Assembly: GCA_963715865.1 (NCBI GenBank)
Contig: OY970280.1
Location: 256,001-320,000 of the forward strand
Length of the DNA stretch: 64,000 nucleotides
From: Candidatus Bathyarchaeota archaeon
GTDB taxonomy: Archaea > Thermoproteota > Bathyarchaeia > Bathyarchaeales > Bathycorpusculaceae
Direction of reading: 5' to 3'
The translations under genes and the position numbers were made by a program. The notes under the pieces were generated by a model, which saw nothing but the letters and a program-made list of their open reading frames with translations, was not told the origin of the DNA and searched no databases. Below are positions 9,944 through 20,236 of this stretch, one piece after another. Numbering within the stretch: position 1 is the stretch's first letter; each line of letters begins with the position of its first letter.

Positions 9944-11221
9944 TTGAAGTTAATTTACGTTGTAATAGACGGAATGGGAGATTTACCAATCAAAGCTTTA
10001 GGCAACAAAACCCCCTTGGAGGCAGCTGAAACTCCGAACATGGACGCTCTTGCCAGAAATGGAAAAACTGGCTTGATGTACTCAGTAAAGAAGGGTGTTG
10101 CGCCAGAGAGCGACGTAGCTGTTATTTCGCTTTTAGGTTATGACCCTTTCAAGTACAGCACAGGCAGAGGCGTTATCGAAGCCGCGGGAGCAGGCTTAAA
10201 AATGAAGGATGGCGACTTAGCGTTAAGGTGCAACTTTGCAACTTTAGGCCAAAGAAAAACCATAATTGACCGCCGAGTTGCAAGAAGCTTAACCACCGAA
10301 GAAGCCACTGAGCTAAGTGAGGCTGCTAACGAGAAAGTTAAGCTTGAATCTTATCCTGCCACGTTTGAGTTCAGGAACACGCAGGGGCACAGGGCAGTTC
10401 TATTAATAAAAAGCAAGGGGAAGCCTCTTTCAAGCAACATAACAAACAGCGACCCAGCTTACACAATAGTTAACGGGATTGGAGTGGCGCGGGCTAAGGT
10501 TGAAATGGTGCTTAAAACCTGCGAACCCACTGATAATACTGAAGAAGCAAAAGTATCCGCAGCGCTAGTAAACGAGTTTATTGAGAAGGCCCATAAATTG
10601 TGGGAAAATCACCCTGTGAACTTGAAGCGTGCGGCTGAGGGCAAGCTTAAGGCAAACGTTGTTTTAACTCGAGACGCAGGACATCTGTTGCCAAAGTTCT
10701 TCAATATTAACAAGCGGTACCATGTTAATTTTGCAGCTTTGTCGGATATGCATGCTGAACGCGGCATAGCGCAACTTGCAGGCATGAACTCCATGCTTTT
10801 GCCGCCGCCTTCAGATAACCTCCAAAAAGACTGTGAAGTAAGAGTCAAAGCCTTGCTCGATGTGCTGCCTAAGCATGATTGTTTCTACATTCACCTTAAA
10901 GGTCCAGACGAACCGGGGCATGATGGCAACTGCATCTTAAAAACGCAGATTATCTCAGCCATCGACAAATACTTCTTTGGACCATTGCTAAAGCAGATTT
11001 CTCTCGAAGACAACCTTATCTGCATAACCACCGACCATGCGACGCCTTGCTCACTAAAAGTGCACAGTGACACACCTGTTCCCGTGTTAATTTCAGGCGA
11101 CAAAGTAGACGACGGCAAAGCTTGCAAGTTCTCTGAGAAAGAATGCGCGAAAGGAAGCTTAGGCATTTTAGAACGTGGATGCGAATTATTGCCAAAACTT
11201 ATGGGGATGCTGAAAAACTAA
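9944..11221 (+). CDS. apgM: 2,3-bisphosphoglycerate-independent phosphoglycerate mutase, archaeal type
   Basis: IDGMGD, KTPLEAAETPNMD, PESD, GRG, HLKGPDEPGHDG, TDHATP. Confidence 0.92.
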   Translation: MKLIYVVIDGMGDLPIKALGNKTPLEAAETPNMDALARNGKTGLMYSVKKGVAPESDVAVISLLGYDPFKYSTGRGVIEAAGAGLKMKDGDLALRCNFATLGQRKTIIDRRVARSLTTEEATELSEAANEKVKLESYPATFEFRNTQGHRAVLLIKSKGKPLSSNITNSDPAYTIVNGIGVARAKVEMVLKTCEPTDNTEEAKVSAALVNEFIEKAHKLWENHPVNLKRAAEGKLKANVVLTRDAGHLLPKFFNINKRYHVNFAALSDMHAERGIAQLAGMNSMLLPPPSDNLQKDCEVRVKALLDVLPKHDCFYIHLKGPDEPGHDGNCILKTQIISAIDKYFFGPLLKQISLEDNLICITTDHATPCSLKVHSDTPVPVLISGDKVDDGKACKFSEKECAKGSLGILERGCELLPKLMGMLKN

Positions 11222-11356
11222 AGCTGCAAAATTAATTTCAAACTAAAGATATTGCAGAAATTCAGAACGTATGTTTCCAAGCGGAGACTAAGCAACAGCA
11301 TCAAAGTAAAGTTAACCTTTAAGTATTTTAGCAAATAATCTTTATTTGGTGTCGTT

Positions 11357-12136
11357 TTGACGGAATTAAATGCTAATTTACTCCGTTTTGGAAACATCGC
11401 TGCTTTCATTGTAACGCTTGCAATTAATGGCTTAGCAAACACTACAGTGCTTAATGGCAGAACAACCGGTCAAGTTTCGAATTTGTACCCAACCTTGGTT
11501 ACGCCCGCAGGCTACGTTTTCGCTATTTGGGGCATAATCTATGTTCTTCTGTTAGCGTTCGTTATTTACCAAGCCTTGCCAAGCCAAAAAGATAAGCTGT
11601 TTCAAAAGCAAATCGGATTGATTTTTATTTTAAGCAGCTTATTTAACTGTGTCTGGCTTTTTCTCTGGCAGTACGACTTCATCACTGTGTCAGTAATTGT
11701 AATGTTCGCGCTTTTGGCAACATTAATTGCCATTTACTTGCGCTTGAATATTGGAAAAGCAAAGGTTTCATTGAAAGAGAAATTATTAGTGCATCTGCCG
11801 TTCAGCGTTTATCTTGGCTGGATAACCATTGCAGCCATCGCCAACGTTGCATCAGCACTGGTCTCTGTAAATTGGGATGGTTTTGGCTTAAGCCCTGAAA
11901 TATGGGCAGTAACCATGCTAATCGTTGCCTTGGTTGTAACGTTGGCAGTTATAGTTAAGCGAAGAGACATAGCCTACAGCCTAGTGATTGTTTGGGCGCT
12001 CGGGGGCATCGCAGTAAAACAAAATACTAGCCAAAACATCGTTACAACCGCTGAAATAGCCATCGGTGTTATCCTGATTGCTTTAGCACTTGCAATAGCA
12101 ATCTACAGATTAAGATATAGAAAAAAAGCTGTTTGA
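11357..12136 (+). CDS. TspO/MBR-like tryptophan-rich membrane protein
   Basis: TPAGYVFAIWGIIY, LFNCVWLFLW, YLGWITIA; about 8 TM. Confidence 0.75.
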   Translation: MTELNANLLRFGNIAAFIVTLAINGLANTTVLNGRTTGQVSNLYPTLVTPAGYVFAIWGIIYVLLLAFVIYQALPSQKDKLFQKQIGLIFILSSLFNCVWLFLWQYDFITVSVIVMFALLATLIAIYLRLNIGKAKVSLKEKLLVHLPFSVYLGWITIAAIANVASALVSVNWDGFGLSPEIWAVTMLIVALVVTLAVIVKRRDIAYSLVIVWALGGIAVKQNTSQNIVTTAEIAIGVILIALALAIAIYRLRYRKKAV

Positions 12137-12336
12137 AAATCGAAAGCTTACAGGAAGTATTCAGAAAAACTCGCTTGGATTTCAACTGTTTCTTAATCAT
12201 TTAGGCCTTGCATTATCTTTAATTTTTACTCAATGCAAGCGCCGATATTCCAAACTAATTTCAGGGGCTATGCGGAATTCCAAAGTAATACCATGTACCT
12301 TTAATAAAAGCTGATACTAAAGAATGGGGAAGAAAC

Positions 12337-12672
12337 ATGGCTTACTTGCGAGAAGAAAAAGAGAACCTTGAAGTCTCATACCCTCTTAACGCGATTTGGG
12401 AAGCTATTCCAAAAGTAATCGCTAAGCTTGATTGGAAAATACAAGAAACAAGCGAAGAGACACATCACCTTAAAGTTAAAACTAAAGGCGGCTTCATATC
12501 CTACCCCTCAACGCTCAAAATTGACTTGTCAGCGATAGATGAGAAGACGACGCGAATGTCTATTGCGGTGGAGACTCCTGTGACTACGATTACTTCAGTG
12601 GCAGATTATGGCAGGACAAGAGAACGCACTGAACAGTTCGTGACAACACTTGCCAAGCTAATGAGCGGCTAA
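12337..12672 (+). CDS. Hypothetical protein (small alpha/beta fold)
   Basis: 111-aa ORF with upstream TATA-like tttaataaaa; no recognised motif. Confidence 0.6.
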   Translation: MAYLREEKENLEVSYPLNAIWEAIPKVIAKLDWKIQETSEETHHLKVKTKGGFISYPSTLKIDLSAIDEKTTRMSIAVETPVTTITSVADYGRTRERTEQFVTTLAKLMSG

Positions 12673-12680
12673 AGCGTTTT

Positions 12681-13637
12681 TTATTCAAGTATCTGAGATC
12701 TCTTTAGCGCAATCCAAGCGATGAATAGGAAGACAAAGATGTACACGAATGCTACACCTAACGCTCTTAGGGCAATTAGTGAGGTTGGTTCAGTGTAGAG
12801 TACCCCAGTGGTTGGCAGCGTTGTTTGTCCTGCTTGGATTGCTTGCAGGTTTATTTTGCTAAAGGTAACGTTTCCTGAAGGATAAAGTACATAGTTCACT
12901 ATGTTAACGCCTATATTATCTGTACCAGTGCTTATCGACATTGTTGTGTTGCCAACAAGCATTGATCCGCCTGCACCGCTTCCAGGCAGATAATTTAGAG
13001 ATTGAGAAGGACCTGCAAACACTGAAACGATTGGTAGAGCTATGAACAGGGCTAAAAACAAGCCCAAAGCTACTAGAACGGTAATGATGGTGTTTTTTGT
13101 TAGGGAACCCATTGCCAATAGTAATGAGACCCATATGAATGTGCTTATTAGGTTTCCAAGCAGGACTAGAGGTACAAGTTGAAGGTTGTTTTGTGGTCCG
13201 TAGACAAAGATCGAACCGACTGTAGTGTAAGTAAATAATATCGCATATGAAATAAGAATGATTACAAATGCTGCAAAGAGTTTACCTAAGAAAACCATCG
13301 TCCGCGAGACAGGTTTTGTTAACAATGGCACGATAGTGCCGCTTTCAAACTCGCTTGAGATGCTGTTCATGGCTGTAGCAAGGGCAAAGAGGAAAAATCC
13401 GAAGCTGCTGGCGCCATAAGTTATTGCAAAGTTTGGGTCAGCCGTTATTGCTGTTCCGGTTGTTGAACTGAGGATAGATGGCAATACTAAGCCTAATGTG
13501 GCTAAGACAAATGCTATTATAATGACGCCTATGAATTTCTTTTTTCTGATATTCCAGAGCATTTCATATCTTACTATCGCCCAGAAACGCGTGAACCAGC
13601 TTGGGCGTGTTCCAGTGGCTTGTTGCATTGCGGTCAT
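12681..13637 (-). CDS. ABC-2 type exporter permease
   Basis: SISSEFESGTIVPLLTKPVSR..VFLGK; multiple TM; coupled to the ATPase. Confidence 0.88.
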   Translation of the reverse strand: MTAMQQATGTRPSWFTRFWAIVRYEMLWNIRKKKFIGVIIIAFVLATLGLVLPSILSSTTGTAITADPNFAITYGASSFGFFLFALATAMNSISSEFESGTIVPLLTKPVSRTMVFLGKLFAAFVIILISYAILFTYTTVGSIFVYGPQNNLQLVPLVLLGNLISTFIWVSLLLAMGSLTKNTIITVLVALGLFLALFIALPIVSVFAGPSQSLNYLPGSGAGGSMLVGNTTMSISTGTDNIGVNIVNYVLYPSGNVTFSKINLQAIQAGQTTLPTTGVLYTEPTSLIALRALGVAFVYIFVFLFIAWIALKRSQILE

Positions 13638-14578
13638 TGTGGTTTTTCTCCTTTGTCTTTACTGACAAGTTGAATAAAGATGTCTTCTAAGTTTGATGTT
13701 TTTTGGCTCATGCCCACAATCACTCCGCCAGCCCCTGTTATTTCTTTGGAAACCTGCGCCCGCACATCATCATAGGTGGTTACCTGAATATACAAGGTGC
13801 TACCTGTTTTCCAAGTGCCTGAGACAAAAGGCAACTTCTTTACTGCCGCAATAACCTCATTCGAAAGGTTAGCTAATTCAATATGCATCATGGCGGGTCC
13901 AAGTGCACCTGAAATGTTCTGAAGAGTATCAGATGCTAGAACTGAGCCCTTATTGATGATGGTAACATGATCGCAGATTTGCTCAACCTCAAAAAGCAAG
14001 TGTGATGACAGGAAAACGGTCACGCCCTCTTTTGAAATAGTTTTCATGAGTTCTCGGACTTCAACCATGCCAACCGGGTCTAAACCAATGCTTGGCTCAT
14101 CCAAAATAACCAGTTCCGGATTATTTAGCAGTGCTTGGGCGATGCCGATGCGTTGCTGCATGCCCTTGCTGTATTTTCCGATGAGGTCGTTTTCTCTGCC
14201 TTTTAAGCCGACTGATTCGATTAGTTTGGGGATTTGTTCTGCCCTTTGCTGCTGTGTCATGCCGTACATTCGCCCGTAAATATCGAGCAATTCGGCGCCT
14301 TTCAGGTGCTTGGGGAACTTGGGCAGCTCAGGCATGTAACCGATATTTAAGCGTGAATCTGCTTGGTCAGCGTGCACTTCTTGCCCTAACACTTTAACTG
14401 AACCTTCAGTGGGTTTTAGTAGGCCGACTAGGATTTTTATGGTGGTTGTTTTTCCAGCGCCGTTTGGACCTAGAAAGCCGTGGATAGTGTTTTTTTGCAC
14501 TTTGAGGCTTAGCTTGTTTACTGCTGTTAAGGAACCGAAGTTTTTTGTTAGATTTTCTGTTTCGATGGCGTAATCCAT
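13634..14578 (-). CDS. ABC transporter ATP-binding protein (CcmA-like)
   Basis: GPNGAGKTT, YSKGMQQR, LDEP, SSH. Confidence 0.93.
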   Translation of the reverse strand: MDYAIETENLTKNFGSLTAVNKLSLKVQKNTIHGFLGPNGAGKTTTIKILVGLLKPTEGSVKVLGQEVHADQADSRLNIGYMPELPKFPKHLKGAELLDIYGRMYGMTQQQRAEQIPKLIESVGLKGRENDLIGKYSKGMQQRIGIAQALLNNPELVILDEPSIGLDPVGMVEVRELMKTISKEGVTVFLSSHLLFEVEQICDHVTIINKGSVLASDTLQNISGALGPAMMHIELANLSNEVIAAVKKLPFVSGTWKTGSTLYIQVTTYDDVRAQVSKEITGAGGVIVGMSQKTSNLEDIFIQLVSKDKGEKPQ

Positions 14579-14747
14579 GGGCAAGTGCTCCTTTTCAATG
14601 CCTTTAGGTAGGCGTTTTAATATAAGCTTTGACTAGCCCTGCCTTCTTTTGGTTTTAGAGAAAGAATAGCTTAAACCCGATAAGATTAGTGTAAAAAGTT
14701 ATATGAATTCTTCGGTCTGATTAATCCATTACTTGACGGTGTACTGC

Positions 14748-15152
14748 ATGAGTAACAAGCATAACCCAATCACTTACAAAGGCAGAAGCTTAGGCATTAT
14801 TGTTTTAACTGCCGCTCAACTGCTTATTGGCGCCATACATGTTTTCTTCGGGTTACTACTTCTTGCGTTCGAGGCATCGATTTTGCAGGCAACAGTGACC
14901 TATGATATTTATACGGTGGTTTTCGGTTTGTTGGTTTTAGTTTTTGCCGTGTTTGTTTGGCAGGGCAAAAAAGCAGGATGGATTGGCACCGTTGCAGTTT
15001 CATTATTCGTCATTGCGGCAGATACTTTAACGGTGTTGGATCTGCCAAGCATCCCGGGAATTCCAAAGTCAGCAGCGTTAACTGAGATAGCGTATAGCAT
15101 GTTGATTGTAATTTACTTGTCTGCGGGTCATGTTAGAAAGAAATTTTTGTGA
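14748..15152 (+). CDS. Hypothetical membrane protein (about 4 TM)
   Basis: Hydrophobic ORF; ATG 14748 preferred over TTG 14733. Confidence 0.65.
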   Translation: MSNKHNPITYKGRSLGIIVLTAAQLLIGAIHVFFGLLLLAFEASILQATVTYDIYTVVFGLLVLVFAVFVWQGKKAGWIGTVAVSLFVIAADTLTVLDLPSIPGIPKSAALTEIAYSMLIVIYLSAGHVRKKFL

Positions 15153-15156
15153 TAAG

Positions 15157-15906
15157 TTAAGGGTTTGTTGAAGTCCTCTTCATCCAATCGTGCCCAAAAA
15201 TTTCAGCTTCCCCACTTTCAATGCCCTCAACTATCCGTTGCGCTGTGTACTCTGGCGGGTCCGCTTTCTTGAACGCTTCCTGCGCTTCAGGCGTTTCTTC
15301 ATGCCCTTGAACTGAAGCGTCTTTGATGGTGTTCTTATCAAAATCAGTAAGTGTAATGTACGGATAAACAACGCTGACAATTATGTTGTCTTTTTCAAGT
15401 TCTTCTCTTGCAGTTAAGCTGATGTGAGCTAACGCCCGCTTTAACCCTGAATATGGACCGTTATTAGGCAAGTACATCAAGGCAGTTCCTGAGCTTACGT
15501 TAATGATTGTTCCTCCACCATGCTTACGCATAAGCGGAATAGCTTCTTTCATGGCAACCACTGGACCGACAACATCCAAATCAAAAATATAATGGAAAAT
15601 CTCAATATCCGTCCGCTCTACTGGCACATCGTACCCGCGACCAGCATTATTTATCAAAATGTCAACCCTTCCAAAGTGCTCATACGCCTGCTTAACCATG
15701 TTCTTAACATCTTCAACCTTAGAAATATCCGCAATAACCGCAAACGCATCGGGCAGTTCCTTGGCAAGCTGCTCAAGCTTGTCTTTTGAGCGGGCGACCA
15801 AAACCAGCTTGGCGCCTTTGCTGGAAAGAAGTTTAGCTGTGGCTAATCCGATGCCTGAAGATGCCCCAGTTACAATGGCAACTTTCCCTTTGACGTCCAT
15901 ATCCAT
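15157..15906 (-). CDS. Short-chain dehydrogenase/reductase
   Basis: TGASSGIG, NNAG, NVSS, YSGLK (YxxxK). Confidence 0.92.
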   Translation of the reverse strand: MDMDVKGKVAIVTGASSGIGLATAKLLSSKGAKLVLVARSKDKLEQLAKELPDAFAVIADISKVEDVKNMVKQAYEHFGRVDILINNAGRGYDVPVERTDIEIFHYIFDLDVVGPVVAMKEAIPLMRKHGGGTIINVSSGTALMYLPNNGPYSGLKRALAHISLTAREELEKDNIIVSVVYPYITLTDFDKNTIKDASVQGHEETPEAQEAFKKADPPEYTAQRIVEGIESGEAEIFGHDWMKRTSTNP

Positions 15907-16165
15907 AAAACTTCCATTGTATAGGGAGATCAGGGGTTTATAAAAACAATTCTCTGGCAGAAAAGGTCAAAAAGGCTTGTTTGAGAAGCCACTGGTCAGG
16001 GGGATAACCTCTTTTTTGACATAGTTCTCCTAGCTAAAAAGATATCTACCCGGTCAATTTAGATGGAAAAATCCATCAACAAAATTGATCTACCCTACCC
16101 TTCTCCGCCGAACGCTGAAAAATCCCTCTGAAGAATCAACTATGTAATTGTCTGGAAAGCATCAA

Positions 16166-16576
16166 TTACATGATTTTCTCCTGAAGTGTTTTCAAATATG
16201 AAGTCAAGCTTTCAATGCATTGGATTTCTCGACCAACCAACGCTTGCAACTCCCGCCAAAACCTTGTATTCGCTTTAATTTTTGCCGGTTCCAAGTTATG
16301 TTTCAGGCGCACGGTGCCTTCTTTGCCTCTTCTGTCAAAGTCTAAGAGAAGAATAACTTCTTGGGCGCCAAGTTTTTCTATTTCTGCGGTTGCTTCTATG
16401 AAGGATTTGCCGCCAGTTTTCGCCGTCAATATTTTGCCGTTAACGCCTAACTCGCGGAGGGCTTGGGCGTCTTTTTTGCCCTCAACAATTATCGGCTTTC
16501 CCTTTGCTGACTCTTCAGTTAATGCAGCTATGACGCGCTGGATTTTTTCTTCTTTCTCTTTAAACTTTGTTGACAA
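16166..16576 (-). CDS. Small TOPRIM-domain protein
   Basis: IIVEGKKD...DFDRRG. Confidence 0.85.
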   Translation of the reverse strand: MSTKFKEKEEKIQRVIAALTEESAKGKPIIVEGKKDAQALRELGVNGKILTAKTGGKSFIEATAEIEKLGAQEVILLLDFDRRGKEGTVRLKHNLEPAKIKANTRFWRELQALVGREIQCIESLTSYLKTLQEKIM

Positions 16577-16581
16577 ACATT

Positions 16582-17670
16582 TTACCTTGTAACTTTAGCT
16601 TGCCGCACAGTCTCCAAACAATCTTTCGCTTCCATGTTATTTACAAAGTAACGTCTAACAGGCTCCAATATGCCTGCGAGTTCGGTTGCAACGCTGTTTT
16701 TCAGGTCTTGAGGATGCAGTTTACCCTGCGCATATGCGGATTCGAGTTCTTGGAAGCTTTGGAACTCTATGTTTCCTCCGAATTTTGCTGGGCGCTCGAT
16801 TTTGAATACTGGTTTTTCTCTGAAGATTATGTATTTGCAGATGTCCAGTACTGGGTTGAATTTTACGGTTTTTTCTGGACAGAAAGCTTTCGCCATTTTT
16901 TGCTTTATTTCCTCGGGGGTGTCGTATATGAAAATGCATGTTCCAGGCTTGCTTTTTGACATCTTGGCTGAAGCCACAGCTTCTTTTTCCTGTCCCTCTG
17001 GAATCGGCCAGAGTTTAGGCTTCTCCAAACCTTGCAGTAAATGATGGTGAACGCAGACGGGTTTCCAGCACCCGATTTTTTCGCCTATCTCTCGGGCAAC
17101 AACGTTTGCTTTTCGCTGGTCCATGCCTAACTGGCAAATTTTTACTTTCATGTGGAAAATGTCTGCAACTTGCATGGGCGTATACAGGTAATCTGAAACA
17201 TAATGGGCTTCAGCCTCTTTTCTCCCCGCAATCTCCAGCGTTCGGGTGGTTCTGGCAATGGTTAAGTTTTTTGCGATTATGACTGTTTTAGCCCAATAAT
17301 CAATGTCTCTATATAGTTCATCAGAATAAATGAACTCAACTTTGTCACCGGGCACGCCGAGGGCAAGCCACGAGTGCCTAAAAAGGTCTGCGGCTTTGCG
17401 GATAAGCGTTAAATCTCCGCCTAACTTGTTGTTTAACCATGCGTGCCACGTTGCCAAAAACGCTTTGAAGTGTACGCCTGCTTCTGCGAAGTCTTTCATT
17501 TTGTAAGCGCAAATAACGCCTGTTCCCAAATGGGCTAAGCCTGAGGGTTCCCAGCCGTTATATGCGATGGGATGTTCCTCAGTTTCTAATAGTTTCCTTA
17601 AGTCTTCTGTGGTTACCACTTCTTCTGTAGGTGGTCTGCTGATTAACTCGATTTTCTTTTCTATGTCCAA
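16582..17670 (-). CDS. tyrS: Tyrosyl-tRNA synthetase, archaeal type
   Basis: GWEPSGLAHLG, YTPMQVAD, GMDQRK, KMSKS, LHPQDLK. Confidence 0.95.
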   Translation of the reverse strand: MDIEKKIELISRPPTEEVVTTEDLRKLLETEEHPIAYNGWEPSGLAHLGTGVICAYKMKDFAEAGVHFKAFLATWHAWLNNKLGGDLTLIRKAADLFRHSWLALGVPGDKVEFIYSDELYRDIDYWAKTVIIAKNLTIARTTRTLEIAGRKEAEAHYVSDYLYTPMQVADIFHMKVKICQLGMDQRKANVVAREIGEKIGCWKPVCVHHHLLQGLEKPKLWPIPEGQEKEAVASAKMSKSKPGTCIFIYDTPEEIKQKMAKAFCPEKTVKFNPVLDICKYIIFREKPVFKIERPAKFGGNIEFQSFQELESAYAQGKLHPQDLKNSVATELAGILEPVRRYFVNNMEAKDCLETVRQAKVTR

Positions 17671-17755
17671 ATTGCACCAGCTTCTCAGTGTTTCATAGCT
17701 TTAATGTGGGTGTTGAACTTAAAAATTTAGTATGTTTTTCCTTGATTTATGAGGT

Positions 17756-18001
17756 TTAGGGCTTGATTCTTTTTGTGAAACGTATCATGTACGTTTTCTC
17801 GTCGATATTTTTTGTACGGCTGTCAATTAGCCCCTGTTTTATTGCTTCGTTTATGGCTTGGTTGAATGACACGGGCTGAGGATTTGCGGCTTTTTTGTTT
17901 TTTATGATTATCCAGATTTCATGATGCTTGTCTTTGTTTTCTTCGAAAAACCGTTTAAGCTCTGATATGTTTTGGGGTTCAAAAGTTACAGATTCAGCCA
18001 T
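17756..18001 (-). CDS. YdeI/OmpD-associated family N-terminal domain protein (short)
   Basis: FEENKDKHHEIWIII...AINEAIKQGLIDS...IDEKTYMIRFTKR; no C-terminal OmdA domain; ATG at 18001. Confidence 0.6.
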   Translation of the reverse strand: MAESVTFEPQNISELKRFFEENKDKHHEIWIIIKNKKAANPQPVSFNQAINEAIKQGLIDSRTKNIDEKTYMIRFTKRIKP

Positions 18002-18318
18002 AGCTTGCCTCTTTTCTTTAGCTTTCTTCGCGGGCTGTTTGTTTCCCACGTAACCTAACACTTAACCGCATAGCTGAGCGTCGCTTTAAGCTTGGCTAAG
18101 CTCTCTCGGCGTGGGACTTTGTGCCCGGCCCACCGTGTCCCATGTTTGGGTGAACCCGCCATCACAGCAACGCAAGCTTTGTGTTTCTTGCAGCTTCCGT
18201 TGGGTCCGTCGGCATGGATTTATCCAGTGGGATAAAACATTACAGTAAACTGAAGAGTTAAATATTGCTATGAAAGAACGCAAATACAAGCCTGATTTTT
18301 AATCAACATTTGTTTTTG

Positions 18319-19998
18319 TTAACTTTTGGTCTTACTTTCCGTAGCCTCTGGGTGTAGCTCGAAGCCGCAGAATGGGCAGAAGTTTTTGGTCATATGAAGT
18401 TGGTTGCCGCAGTTAGGGCAGAACATAACTTTTGGTTGTTCAGCGTCTATTTGAGGAGAGGTTTCGGCTGCCATTTTGTATATCGGGCTTTTTGCTCCAC
18501 TGGGGGTCATCGACTGCTCTCTCGGGGGCATAGCCGGGGGTTCGTAAATCTGTGGCTGGATTAGTTCTTTTTTTCTGCGCTTGGCAATGATAACGGCAAT
18601 TGCAACTATCACTATAGCTATTGCCACTACAAGAACCACTAGAAGTATAGGTTGGTCTATAAGCTCGCTTAGGGGCGAAGTATTTGCTGTTGTTTGTGTC
18701 CACCACTGGTTTACTGAAGCTGGGTTGAACGTCGAAATGTCAGATTGCAAGTTTTGTTCGGTAAACCCGCTTTGTTGTCCTGACGGAAGCGTCAGCATCT
18801 GGTTACTCTGTATAGTTACTGTGTTGTTTGTGACGGGGTCAATGAATACTACTGGACCGCTAATAACTTGAACTGTGGTTGTTCCGTCGGAAGAAACATT
18901 CACAACGTACTCAGTGTTTTCACCTGCCAACGCTCCTTGAGGCACAGCTACTAGATGTGACACAGTTTCTTTGATGTATGCGACTCCATTGGGTATTAGA
19001 AAAGCTCCGCCTTCAACAAACAGTGAAACAGCTGCGGCTTGTCCAAGAGGTTCACTGAAAACCAGTACTGCAATTGCAATTTCTAACGGTATGGATATTC
19101 GCATTTCTTTTAATTGTTCTATGCCGTTTGGAAAAATAACCCCGCTTGTCACTGGGGGATAGATTGAGTATACAATTTGGTTATCGGGAGCAGGTTGCGA
19201 AGTAAGAGCTACCCACCCTGCATCACTATTTGCACCGAGATACACAGTTCCACCCTGATCAGGAGGGGTGAAAGCGACAATCGCGTTATCTCCAGTCAGA
19301 ATTTCTGTGCCACTGTATATTTGGCCTGAAGACAGTGATGTTTTCCCGTTCGCATCATTAGTCCACGCTGGTCCTTTGACTGATCCTATGTTACCAAAAT
19401 AGCGGTTTGTTGGCTGATTCGTCGTCGACGGAGTAGACGTGGGACTTAGAGTTGGCCCCGTGGTTGGTGAGCTAGTTCTCATTACAACTATGCCATTTTG
19501 ATTTGTTGTTTCGGAAGTTCCACTAAGTGTTGCGGTTATAATGTCGGTGGTGAATGTGCCGACTAAGTGTTCCTGAGTCAATTGGCTTCCTTGCTCATCA
19601 GCCGTAAAACTTGCACTTGAAACTGTTCCCGTAAATTCAATAGCGCCACCGCCTACAGGAGGAACGCCGGAAAAGCCGTATTCTTGCCAGTACGCGTTGT
19701 CTGTGACCCAACTTGTCGGGTTCAAATACAATATTATGGTTATTTGACTGCCCTGTTGAGTTATGTCCATAGCAAACGTGGCAGTTATATCGTTCATGCG
19801 AGTGCTCGAATCGGACGGATCCATGTCATAATACATGCCAGAGGCTGAGTTTTGCCAAGTTCCCGTTAAATCTCTAGCAGGGGTTAGCTGAGCATACAGC
19901 GGCGTTACCTGTGCTGCGGACAATAATAAAACGCAAATTAGTAGAGTAGCTGGTTTATTCAAAAAAAAGAATAAGTTGGTAACTTTTCCTTTTTGCAT
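18319..19998 (-). CDS. Secreted/membrane-anchored protein with FecR-like region, C-terminal TM and double zinc ribbon
   Basis: Signal peptide; Thr/Ser/Pro linker; GSVKG..W...ILTGDN..V (FecR-like); TM then KRRKK; CPNC..CPFC. Confidence 0.7.
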   Translation of the reverse strand: MQKGKVTNLFFFLNKPATLLICVLLLSAAQVTPLYAQLTPARDLTGTWQNSASGMYYDMDPSDSSTRMNDITATFAMDITQQGSQITIILYLNPTSWVTDNAYWQEYGFSGVPPVGGGAIEFTGTVSSASFTADEQGSQLTQEHLVGTFTTDIITATLSGTSETTNQNGIVVMRTSSPTTGPTLSPTSTPSTTNQPTNRYFGNIGSVKGPAWTNDANGKTSLSSGQIYSGTEILTGDNAIVAFTPPDQGGTVYLGANSDAGWVALTSQPAPDNQIVYSIYPPVTSGVIFPNGIEQLKEMRISIPLEIAIAVLVFSEPLGQAAAVSLFVEGGAFLIPNGVAYIKETVSHLVAVPQGALAGENTEYVVNVSSDGTTTVQVISGPVVFIDPVTNNTVTIQSNQMLTLPSGQQSGFTEQNLQSDISTFNPASVNQWWTQTTANTSPLSELIDQPILLVVLVVAIAIVIVAIAVIIAKRRKKELIQPQIYEPPAMPPREQSMTPSGAKSPIYKMAAETSPQIDAEQPKVMFCPNCGNQLHMTKNFCPFCGFELHPEATESKTKS

Positions 19999-20236
19999 GT
20001 GTGCTCGTTTTCCGCAGTGCGCTAAGCAACCTGCGGTCTTAATGTCTAGTGACGTAAATATAAGATTTATCCATAGAGCGGTATTGCCACAGGCAAGGGA
20101 TTCAGTGCAGACAAGAATTGCATCGTCATAAAAGCGACTGGTGACTTGGTGGCTTTATCCAAGTAGTGTTACAGATCAGTCAATTTCTTGTTTTTTATCC
20201 ATAATAGTTATAGGTTGAGTGTGAAATCAACATTTA

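Noticed and set aside
15966-16020. GTCAAAAA...TTTTTGAC inverted repeat as a possible MITE
   Set aside because: Short A/T-rich arms, no target duplication, no second copy seen
18150-18170. GTGATGGCGGGTTCACC (minus strand) resembling a fluoride riboswitch 5' part
   Set aside because: Downstream CUGAUG element absent and no crcB-type gene follows
18098-18215. TGA read-through mini-ORF MPTDPTEAARNTKLALL*WRVHP... as a possible selenoprotein
   Set aside because: No homology recognised, no Sec machinery or SECIS evidence
18223-18237. TCCAGTGGGATAAAA resembling a mini-ORB origin box
   Set aside because: Single imperfect copy, no G-string, no adjacent cdc6 or AT-rich unwinding element
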